A stretch of 64,000 nucleotides of DNA from a virus (Duplodnaviria; Caudoviricetes), in IMG/VR virus record IMGVR_UViG_3300031993_000006, positions 96,001 through 160,000 of that record; one strand, 5' to 3'. A model generated the notes under the pieces. That model worked only from the letters and a program-made list of their open reading frames with translations, searched no databases and had not been told where the DNA came from. Each line of letters starts with the position of its first letter. Positions within the stretch are counted from its first letter, which is position 1. Made by a program: the position numbers and the translations under genes. Positions 1 through 8,006 of the stretch are shown one piece after another.

Positions 1-15
1 TTTTGCCAGAACGGC

Positions 16-696
16 TTGCTGGTCGATGCGACTGGAGACCCCGACCATAATATTGAGAAGGTTGTTACCGGCGTCAGCCTTAGGGATGCCTTGATTGAAA
101 AGGCTATCGAGGCCAAGGCGGATGCTATCGTGGTGCATCACCCGAATGGTTTCTGGAATTCTATCAAGGACCATCGGCTTGTCGACCGCCACGGCAATTA
201 TATGCGAAAGCTCATAAAGGCCGGAATCAGCCTGTACGGTTACCACTTGCCGCTTGATTTCCACGATACTATCGGGAATAATGCGGTCATTGCCGCCTTG
301 CTGAAAATGCAGGTCGCGTCTCGGTTCGGCTATGCCGACATAGGCGTTATCGGAAAGTGCAAGATTACCAAGGCTCGTCTCGAGTCGGTATTTCCTAAGG
401 GCGTTATTATTGTCGGTACGCTCGACCCTAATGCCCGATACGATGTCGCTGTTTGCAGTGGCGCCGGTGGTTCCGAAATCGAGGAATTTGGAATTGGGAA
501 GAAGCCGTGTGATGTATTCATTACGGGCGAAGTCCACGAATCTACGGTAATATATGCTCAGGAAAATAACATTACATTGGTAATTGCCGGGCACCACCGT
601 AGCGAAGTTTTCGGGGTACGGGCGCTTGCTGACTTGTTTAACAGAACGCGCGGCATTCGCCGTGGAACTTTTATTGATATAGACAACCCCATTTAG
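16..696 (+). CDS. Nif3-like dinuclear metal-centre protein (probably 5'-truncated by the window edge)
   Basis: Motifs VHHP, YGYHLPLD..GNN, VCSGAG, FITGE and AGHHRSE are typical of NIF3/YbgI. Confidence 0.85.
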   Translation: MLVDATGDPDHNIEKVVTGVSLRDALIEKAIEAKADAIVVHHPNGFWNSIKDHRLVDRHGNYMRKLIKAGISLYGYHLPLDFHDTIGNNAVIAALLKMQVASRFGYADIGVIGKCKITKARLESVFPKGVIIVGTLDPNARYDVAVCSGAGGSEIEEFGIGKKPCDVFITGEVHESTVIYAQENNITLVIAGHHRSEVFGVRALADLFNRTRGIRRGTFIDIDNPI

Positions 697-709
697 GAGG
701 AAGTATAAT

Positions 710-1153
710 ATGGCAAATCTTAAGATTCAAGTTAAGTATCTTAACGAAACGGTAAATAGAATCGGCTTCGACGCTGAAGGCAAAGGGGATTGGATTGACC
801 TCTACGCTGCTGAAGCAGTCGAATTGAAGGCTGGGGAACATAAGCTGGTTCATCTCGGGGTGGCGATGAAGCTACCGGATGATTATGAAGCTATCCTCGC
901 CGAACGTAGTTCTACATTTAAGAATTACGGCGTTCTCCAGACCAATGCTATCGGTGTTATCGATAACAGTTACAGCGGTCCGGAAGACTGGTGGAAGTTG
1001 TCGGTCTATGCTACCCGCGATGTGACTATCCCGGCTGGCGCAAAGATTGCTCAGTTCCGAATCCAGAAGCGTCAGGGGCGCGATATCGAAATTGCCGAAG
1101 TTGCTGACCTTGAAGGCAAGAACCGTGGTGGTTTTGGTTCTACCGGTAAGTAA
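710..1153 (+). CDS. dut: trimeric dUTPase
   Basis: DWIDL, ERSS, GVIDNSY, AQFRI and C-terminal RGGFGSTG motifs; SD AGGAGG upstream. Confidence 0.95.
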   Translation: MANLKIQVKYLNETVNRIGFDAEGKGDWIDLYAAEAVELKAGEHKLVHLGVAMKLPDDYEAILAERSSTFKNYGVLQTNAIGVIDNSYSGPEDWWKLSVYATRDVTIPAGAKIAQFRIQKRQGRDIEIAEVADLEGKNRGGFGSTGK

Positions 1154-1176
1154 TTCAACAATTTGGTGCATTGGAA

Positions 1177-1206
1177 AGGGGCGCGTACTAGTTACGCGCC
1201 CTTTTT
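1177..1206 (+). terminator. intrinsic terminator after dut
   Basis: GGGCGCGTA-ctagt-TACGCGCCC stem followed by a T tract. Confidence 0.8.
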
Positions 1207-1212
1207 GATATG

Positions 1213-1312
1213 GTGAACTACGCACCGCCTAGAGGCAATGAGCTTCGCGTTAGTCCCGAATGGATGCCCGCGCCTTTAACCCCGATTTCCCCGAGGCGAG
1301 TACCTTGCGATA
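1213..1312 (-). ncRNA. stand-alone TnpB omegaRNA-like scaffold
   Basis: Similar to the 3' end of tnpB (17813-17905). Upstream on the minus strand is TTGACA-17nt-TAAACT, which overlaps ATAAACT at 1320-1326. Confidence 0.65.
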
Positions 1313-1398
1313 CACTAATAGTTTATAAATTTTTACCCAATGTGTCAAGGGGCTTTCATATCACCGCCTAAAGATGGTGAGTTTTCCGCCTATACTCT
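1213..1398 (-). mobile_element. non-autonomous IS200/IS605-type miniature element (LE hairpin, promoter, omegaRNA-like scaffold, RE), no protein
   Basis: On the minus strand it ends in GTGCGTAGTTCAC, identical to the tnpB element end at 17813. It shares the scaffold CTCGCC..AAGGCGCGGGC..CGCGAAGC. A hairpin at ~1361-1381 resembles the one at 19039-19059, and both lie 17-18 nt from TTTAT. Confidence 0.75.
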
Positions 1399-1405
1399 AT
1401 AAACT
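1399..1405 (+). promoter_or_regulatory. putative late promoter ATAAACT
   Basis: Recurrent motif before structural genes; 7 nt before ATG 1413. Confidence 0.75.
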
Positions 1406-1412
1406 AGTCGAT

Positions 1413-4400
1413 ATGAATACGCTAGCTAATATCATCCTCGAATCTCATCTTGGCACCCGTATGCAGAACCTGCTGTACGAGGCCTGTTGCATTTTGGAAG
1501 CAACCAATATCAACAAGGACTACTTGTTGCATGTTGCCGGCTCGCCCGAGAAACTGGCTGATGCGAAAACCAAGGTCAACGAGGCTTGGGCGAATGCTTC
1601 CTTGGCAAATATTATTCCGGCGAAGCTGAACCAGAAGGTTCTTAATTTTACCTACCTGATGGAATTGTTGCAGCCCGGGTTTACCGATGGTGAGTATATT
1701 GCCCAGATTCACGATTTGGCTATCCAGCGTAGTCTGGAGCAGCGTTTTATTAACAAGGTTAATTCCGATACCGTACCTGAGCAGGCTAAGGCAATCCTTT
1801 ATTCGGCAAACGCCGATGCGGTGCAGGCTGCCAAGACATATCCTGAGCTTACTCCGGAGCAGGAGAGGATATGGAATCGCGTGAAGGTTTACCATGAGTT
1901 TCCCGATGGGTTCCGGTGGGTCTATGCCGTGGATGATAATGGTTGCAAGATTGGGTATATACCGTCTGCAATTACTGCGATTACGATGCATCATTGCGGT
2001 AACGAACCGTCCAAGAAGGAAGGAAATGAATATTGGGAATTGCGCGATGCTCGAGGTAAGGCTTATTTGACTGTTATCTTGAACGATGACGGGGGCATCG
2101 AGGAGTCCAAGTCTTGGGGAAACCAGCTTAACAAGTATACGGATATGATTCGGCCGCATGTAAAATGGTTGCTGAAGGACCGTCAGGTAACTGGCGTAGG
2201 TGACCGGTACAATGTCGGCTATGCACCCGATAGGAACTTTGGTGTTAAGGATTTCGTCGGAAAGGATGATGAATTCGTTGACTATGTGGTTGAAAATAAG
2301 CCTCAGCTCATTGGTAAGGCGGAAGCCCGTGTGTTGTTCTTGAAGGGTGCGATAGACAGCGGTGTGCTTTCTGTGCAGGATTTGAAGAATGCTTATGCGG
2401 AAGGAATGACTATCTCCGATTTGGAGGATATGGTTCCCGCATTGTCTGAATATGAGGAGCAAGCAAGGTTTAAGCTACCTACTGACGAAAAGGGCTGCTC
2501 TGCTGGTTCAATATTTGGATTTAACTCATTTGCTGTATTGTGTGCCGCGTGTGGGGGGAACCCGTTTAATAAAGAGGAACTTATATCCCTGATTATGGAG
2601 GATAAGATAAGCCTTGAAGTATTTGCGAACTATGATGTTCATTTGTTGACCGATGATATCCAGGCGGCTTTTGTTAAGGCTAACCCCACTCATAACTTAA
2701 ATGTCTTGCAGGAAATCGCGGCACAGGTTGCAAGTTTCACAATTTCTCCTACGACTATTGATGCTTTGTTTCCTGAAGCGAACGAGAATAGCAGCAAGGT
2801 AAATCTAGGTAATCGGTTGTATACTCTTTTGCGTTATGTGGAACAAGGTAATCCGCCGTCGAAGATGTATAAATATGCGGAGCGTTTATTTTTGACAGAA
2901 CCTTCCATTCGTGTATTGGAAGATGTTATTCGGAGTTCGGCTTACGAATATGGGTGGAATTTGGATTCTGTCGGGTGCTTGCAGCGATGCATTAACATAC
3001 TTCGTATTCACGATATCCCAAACCGTGTGGCCATTGTTACTCATTTAGCGGAAATCTTTAGTTCGGGTGACTTGGATAGCTTTAATGTTAATTCGAGCCA
3101 TGTAGCTGAAATGGTGGCATCATTTGATTTAATAGATAACGAAGAATTGATTAGTGGGCTTGGACGAGGATTGAGCACGGATGTTTTGCTTATGGCGTTG
3201 ACCGGATTGAGCGATAATACTGAATATGATGTTATACAGCATATGATTCATGTTATCGAGCGGATGAAAGGCCCTGAGTTCTTGCAGCAGCCGGAGATTT
3301 TAGGGAAGTTGACTGATTTTCGCCTAACTTGGGCTTTGATAAATATACATCCGGATAGCGAGGGTAGTGAGGATATTGCGATTAAAACTGCCAATCGCTG
3401 TTGTGCTATACTTTCATCAGGCCATAGTTCAAGCGACTTGAAAGGTTCGGCAAGAAGTATTCTCCTGCAGACTATGGGAAAGTTCCCCTCGATTATACCG
3501 GCGGTGTATGAAGAAGAAAAGGGTGACTTTATAAAGGCTATTGAAGCTGTAATGTCAAAGGAGAACTCCAAGGAAATAAAATCGGCTGGACTGTCTGAGC
3601 CGATGGTGGAAACTATAATCGATGCAATTGCAGGTATGGTCGAAATAAATACTGACCGCGACCGGAGCTGGGATTATGGGAACTCCCGGGAGATGTGTTG
3701 CGACGACTGGGAAAGGCTAGGAAAGTCATTGTGCTATATGGCAAGGCTGTACAGCATTCACCCAAAGGTACTTTGCGCGAAATGTCAGGAACGCTTGCCG
3801 GCTATGATAGAGTACAGGTGTAATGTTCCCGGCGCGTGGGATTTTTGTGAGGTTCCGTTTGAACAATGGGAAGCTGCATTTAGGAAATGGGGGTACAGAT
3901 TCCTGCGCTATTATGTTCTCCTTATGCCAGATGACCAGTTTAACGAAAGTAAGTTCATTAGTGACTTCGTTGTGAATAAGTTGGCTAATGCTGATGAAGC
4001 AAATGGTGATATTGTTGATGCGATTGAAAGAATGCGGAGTGGGATTGGACCCGGGAAGATGAGCCGCATCGCAAAGGTTATGTCATATAAGATTGTCCAC
4101 AATGAATTGCCGATGGATGAACAGCGGTTCAATGCGCTGTATCGGTTGCGTATGATTAATTCTGATGCTTATCGTGCATATATGAGCCGTATAAAGGAAG
4201 CTACTGGTTCCGACATTACGATTTCTTCGCTTGAAGATGCTGAAAACACGAACCGTATGATAAAGAGCATGACCAAGTACGACCGGATGCCGGATATTGT
4301 GTCGACAACAGTAAAATATCTGCTTGACTATATTTATGAACATCTCGGCGACGGAAGGCATACTTGGAGAGTTGACGAAGAGGCATACGAATATGTCGAT

Positions 4401-4709
4401 GTCCTTGACTCCATAATGGGCAAGATTCTTTCTAAGTATAAGACCGGAATGGTTCCTTATACTATCAAGCGTCTATTCGATGATGGTTCCTTTGCGCGCA
4501 TCGATGGTTTCAAGAAGGCTAACTGGGATGCTTGTAATACCCCGGGAAAGCCGTTGTCGAAATTTAAGTGCGATGCCGACGGTATTATGGAGGAGATTGC
4601 CGGTCAAATGCATGCTGTCCGCGATACTGTGGAAGAGATTGCGGCAAAGCCAATTAAGAAGCCGAGCGCCAAAAAGCGGGCTGTTAAGGCAACTCCTGTA
4701 CCTAATTAG
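1413..4709 (+). CDS. large hypothetical protein, possible capsid-internal protein with a PcfJ-like segment
   Basis: Start moved to ATG 1413, after the late promoter. N-terminal ILES/LYEA/ILEA motifs; MHHCG..WELRDARGKAYLTV..SWGN resembles PcfJ-like domains. Confidence 0.55.
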   Translation: MNTLANIILESHLGTRMQNLLYEACCILEATNINKDYLLHVAGSPEKLADAKTKVNEAWANASLANIIPAKLNQKVLNFTYLMELLQPGFTDGEYIAQIHDLAIQRSLEQRFINKVNSDTVPEQAKAILYSANADAVQAAKTYPELTPEQERIWNRVKVYHEFPDGFRWVYAVDDNGCKIGYIPSAITAITMHHCGNEPSKKEGNEYWELRDARGKAYLTVILNDDGGIEESKSWGNQLNKYTDMIRPHVKWLLKDRQVTGVGDRYNVGYAPDRNFGVKDFVGKDDEFVDYVVENKPQLIGKAEARVLFLKGAIDSGVLSVQDLKNAYAEGMTISDLEDMVPALSEYEEQARFKLPTDEKGCSAGSIFGFNSFAVLCAACGGNPFNKEELISLIMEDKISLEVFANYDVHLLTDDIQAAFVKANPTHNLNVLQEIAAQVASFTISPTTIDALFPEANENSSKVNLGNRLYTLLRYVEQGNPPSKMYKYAERLFLTEPSIRVLEDVIRSSAYEYGWNLDSVGCLQRCINILRIHDIPNRVAIVTHLAEIFSSGDLDSFNVNSSHVAEMVASFDLIDNEELISGLGRGLSTDVLLMALTGLSDNTEYDVIQHMIHVIERMKGPEFLQQPEILGKLTDFRLTWALINIHPDSEGSEDIAIKTANRCCAILSSGHSSSDLKGSARSILLQTMGKFPSIIPAVYEEEKGDFIKAIEAVMSKENSKEIKSAGLSEPMVETIIDAIAGMVEINTDRDRSWDYGNSREMCCDDWERLGKSLCYMARLYSIHPKVLCAKCQERLPAMIEYRCNVPGAWDFCEVPFEQWEAAFRKWGYRFLRYYVLLMPDDQFNESKFISDFVVNKLANADEANGDIVDAIERMRSGIGPGKMSRIAKVMSYKIVHNELPMDEQRFNALYRLRMINSDAYRAYMSRIKEATGSDITISSLEDAENTNRMIKSMTKYDRMPDIVSTTVKYLLDYIYEHLGDGRHTWRVDEEAYEYVDVLDSIMGKILSKYKTGMVPYTIKRLFDDGSFARIDGFKKANWDACNTPGKPLSKFKCDADGIMEEIAGQMHAVRDTVEEIAAKPIKKPSAKKRAVKATPVPN

Positions 4710-4719
4710 TTATTTTTTC

Positions 4720-4729
4720 GCTATATTTG
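4720..4729 (+). promoter_or_regulatory. putative early/host-type promoter GCTATATTTG
   Basis: Recurrent motif, 4 nt before ATG 4734. Confidence 0.7.
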
Positions 4730-4733
4730 TGAT

Positions 4734-6116
4734 ATGGCAAAAAAGAGTAACAGGGCTGCTAAGGCGTTCAAGACGTTGACCTCGGAGCCGCCGGTCACAA
4801 GTTACCCGTACAACAATAACAGGGTAATGATAGTTGACTGGGCCTCCCTGTCCTATCATATGTTTTATTCAATAGGTTCGGATAAAAACCGTGCCAAGTA
4901 CGGTTTGATGAGTTCCGAGGGTGAAATTGAACTGTGGCGTACCAAGATGGTCACTAAGTTGATGGATTATGTCGCCCTGTTCAACCCGAAGCACATCATT
5001 TTTGCCCTAGAAGGCAAGGCCGCTTGGCGAAAGAAGTTTGTCGAGCGTTACTACGACGAGCATGCGGTAATTTACTGGAACTCGAGTGAGTATTATGTGC
5101 AGGCGGACAACTACCTCTACATGGTACAGAAGGCTACGGTAGGCGATGGGTATGCCATTACCAAGCTGAAGGCGTCAGACCGTCTGAAACTCGGGGAACT
5201 TTCCCACAAGTTACTTGGAAAGATGCCCCAGAAGCAGCACGATATGTTCTGGAAGCTGAAGCTGCCGAAGGGTCAGCCAGTGCTGCCATCCTACAAGGGT
5301 CACCGCGCGTCGAAACCATGGACTTTTTTCACTGATAAGAAGGTATGGGCTGAGTATCGTGAGCAGTTTGCTCAGGAACTTGCCCCCTTGTTCCGCGCCC
5401 GCGCCATCCAGTGTCTCCATGCTGAAGGTGACGATATCATCTATGCGGCCGCAACACAGCTTGCTGTGGAGAGCGATGATATCATTGTCATCACGAAAGA
5501 CTCGGACATGACGCAGATTAAGTACTCCAATGTTAAGATTTTCAATCACCAGACCGATACATTCTCTACGCTGGATGACCCGGAGAAATATCTTGACCTT
5601 AAGGTCTTGATGGGGGATAGCTCCGATAACATCAACGGTATGGCGTTTGTCAACCCGAAGGATGGGTCATTTGCCGAAAAGCGGAATACCCAGCTTTCTG
5701 ATGTAGGCGCGGCAGACCTCCTTGCAAACTGCCCGAATGTCTACGAGGCTGCGAAGAAGTACGGTTGGGATGACCAGTATATGAGGAACCGTACGCTCAT
5801 CGACCTTTCCCGGGTTCCCCCTGATGTGACACAGGAAATCGATATACAGATGGACTTGACGCGCGAGCCTGACTTCGTTGCCGGATTCGAACGCCTGGAA
5901 TTCTGGAATATCCCCGAGCGCATCCAGTCGACCTACCGGATTATGCAGACGAGCGGGTTTTTCGCACTGAATAATGTCAATACGACGAATATTTTGGACA
6001 TCGCCGCATACAACAAGCAGAAGGAGGAATCCGCCCATGTACCTCTTGAAGTGGTTGATTCGGTGGCTACGGCGGAGAATTTCGGCCTCGAAGACGACCT
6101 TGATGTGAATTTCTGA
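4734..6116 (+). CDS. rnh: T4 RNase H-like / FEN 5'-3' exonuclease
   Basis: MIVD, WRKK..YKGHR, EGDDII, TKDSDMTQ, LMGDSSDNING and RNRTLIDL motifs. Confidence 0.88.
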   Translation: MAKKSNRAAKAFKTLTSEPPVTSYPYNNNRVMIVDWASLSYHMFYSIGSDKNRAKYGLMSSEGEIELWRTKMVTKLMDYVALFNPKHIIFALEGKAAWRKKFVERYYDEHAVIYWNSSEYYVQADNYLYMVQKATVGDGYAITKLKASDRLKLGELSHKLLGKMPQKQHDMFWKLKLPKGQPVLPSYKGHRASKPWTFFTDKKVWAEYREQFAQELAPLFRARAIQCLHAEGDDIIYAAATQLAVESDDIIVITKDSDMTQIKYSNVKIFNHQTDTFSTLDDPEKYLDLKVLMGDSSDNINGMAFVNPKDGSFAEKRNTQLSDVGAADLLANCPNVYEAAKKYGWDDQYMRNRTLIDLSRVPPDVTQEIDIQMDLTREPDFVAGFERLEFWNIPERIQSTYRIMQTSGFFALNNVNTTNILDIAAYNKQKEESAHVPLEVVDSVATAENFGLEDDLDVNF

Positions 6117-6145
6117 TATAGTTTCCTCGGTAAAGAGGAATTTCT

Positions 6146-7942
6146 ATGCAGAGAAATACTAGACTAGCAGTCAATTGTTTGTTACAGGTGAAGGACGGGA
6201 ACCGTCTGGATGTCGAGGAATGGTTGAAGTACCATATCGCCCTCGGCTTTGACACAATCTTCGTATGCGATTCCGGGAACCATACCTGGCTCGAGGAAGT
6301 ATGCGAAAAGCTCAAGGACAATGTAGTTCTTGCTCCCCGGAGCGAAAACTGGAAGTACAAGAGCGAAATTATCCGTGACTATGTGTCCCGCCGTGAATAT
6401 GAGGAATGGTGCATCTGTATGGATGAGCATGACTTCCTCTGGATTTCCCCGGGAAAAGCAAAGTCCATTCTCCAGTATGTTGAAAGCATCCCGAATTATC
6501 TCGCCGCGGTTACTTTCTATGTCAAGCATCTTTCTTCCAAGCAGCCGATGAGTTACCGTGTAGGTACGCAGATTGACTGCTTTACGCATGCCCGCCGTGA
6601 ACCGGAAGGCTTTTTGCCGAAATACAACTGCTTGCCGAATGACGGCGTGACCTTGTTCCGCGTGAGCAACCAGTCGATGCCGTTGCGCGACCCGGTGACT
6701 CCGGTGTTGACTAACCGTTGGGGCGACTCCGAGTTCCGCCAGATGACCCCGAAGCGTTTCGCCGAGGAAACGACCACAAAGGTATTCCGCCCGACTGCGT
6801 ATTCTGTCCGTATCTACCGGTACGGGATTCGCTCCGGTGTCGAAGTCGGTTTTGATGACAAGAAGGTCCCGGTCGGATTCGATATTGTTGACCTCAGCAT
6901 GCAGAAGGCCCGCGACCAGTACTGCCATATCCCTGTTAATCCCGAAACAGAAACATTGTTTGCCAAGTCCGAGCCTCCGCAGGAACTCGCCGAAGCGGCA
7001 CCTGTTCAGGTTGAATCCCAGGGGCTTCCGGCTGTAAAGACGCCGACCCCGGAAGAATACGAGGCTTTGGCTCTTCCGATTAGCCGTTCGACAATCGACA
7101 AGTTGATTTTCAAGGGCCAGTTCTTCGATGACATTCTCAAGCATGTGTCCCTCAGGAGCAAGGAATTCGACCGTGGTTTGCTTGAACGCGCATTCCAGGA
7201 AGAACGCCGGGCAATCATCGCATCTTCCTCTTTGTATACGGAAATGCAGGAACTGTACGACCAGGGCAAGACCGATGACGAGGTTAAGCGTACCTTGATG
7301 ATTACCAGTGATGCCACATTTGAGCGTATGCGTCGTGCATTGCCGGTACTTGACATCGAAACCCAGTACAGTGCAGCCAATCAGGAAGTTGTCGGCTCCG
7401 ATGTGGTATCTCCGGTACAGGTAGCCCCTGTTCAGGCTCAGCCGGAAAGCGCACCGGTGACACTCGCCGCTCCTAAGGTCGTCAAGACTAGCAAGAAGAC
7501 GGCTGCCGTCGCAACGCCTGATGTTCAGGAAGAAGGTACGGAAGATATGCCGGATGCCGGATTGGTTGATGAATTCGAGAAATCCGAGGCTGTCGCCGTC
7601 CCGACGGCTGAGGAACTTGCTGCCCGTGAGGAAGCCGTGAAGACGGTTGACAATAAGCGGAAGAACAAGGGTTCCAAGAAAGGCTCCAAGAAGGGTTCCA
7701 AGAAGTCGGCTGTTGTCGCCGTAGAATCCGATGATGTTGATGTGTCCGATATCGAAGTCGGTATGGTCGCCAGTGATGAACCGGAAGGCGCCGTTGCGCC
7801 GCCACCTCCGGTAGCTGAACCGGAAACTGAACCTGTGACCGACGATGAACTCAACCAGGCCTTTGCCGGCTTGGAAGATACCGGCGACGACAATGTTCTT
7901 GCCGATGTGTCCATCGATGCCGTAATCGGAAACAACAAGTAG
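6146..7942 (+). CDS. glycosyltransferase family 2/92-like N-terminal domain plus long acidic low-complexity tail
   Basis: EEWLKYHIALGFDTIFVCD..WCICMDEHDF; the C-terminal half is E/A/P/D-rich with KKGS repeats. Confidence 0.65.
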   Translation: MQRNTRLAVNCLLQVKDGNRLDVEEWLKYHIALGFDTIFVCDSGNHTWLEEVCEKLKDNVVLAPRSENWKYKSEIIRDYVSRREYEEWCICMDEHDFLWISPGKAKSILQYVESIPNYLAAVTFYVKHLSSKQPMSYRVGTQIDCFTHARREPEGFLPKYNCLPNDGVTLFRVSNQSMPLRDPVTPVLTNRWGDSEFRQMTPKRFAEETTTKVFRPTAYSVRIYRYGIRSGVEVGFDDKKVPVGFDIVDLSMQKARDQYCHIPVNPETETLFAKSEPPQELAEAAPVQVESQGLPAVKTPTPEEYEALALPISRSTIDKLIFKGQFFDDILKHVSLRSKEFDRGLLERAFQEERRAIIASSSLYTEMQELYDQGKTDDEVKRTLMITSDATFERMRRALPVLDIETQYSAANQEVVGSDVVSPVQVAPVQAQPESAPVTLAAPKVVKTSKKTAAVATPDVQEEGTEDMPDAGLVDEFEKSEAVAVPTAEELAAREEAVKTVDNKRKNKGSKKGSKKGSKKSAVVAVESDDVDVSDIEVGMVASDEPEGAVAPPPPVAEPETEPVTDDELNQAFAGLEDTGDDNVLADVSIDAVIGNNK

Positions 7943-7964
7943 TGCTTATACGCATATTCTACAG

Positions 7965-7992
7965 AAAGTCGGACGTGCTCGTCCGGCTTTTT
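7965..7992 (+). terminator. intrinsic terminator abutting the next promoter
   Basis: AAAGTCGGACG-tgct-CGTCCGGCTTT plus T tract; GCTATATTTA follows at 7993-8002. Confidence 0.7.
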
Positions 7993-8006
7993 GCTATATT
8001 TAGTAT

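Noticed and set aside
5030-5300. Intein in RNase H
   Set aside because: No Cys/Ser start or His-Asn end, and too short.
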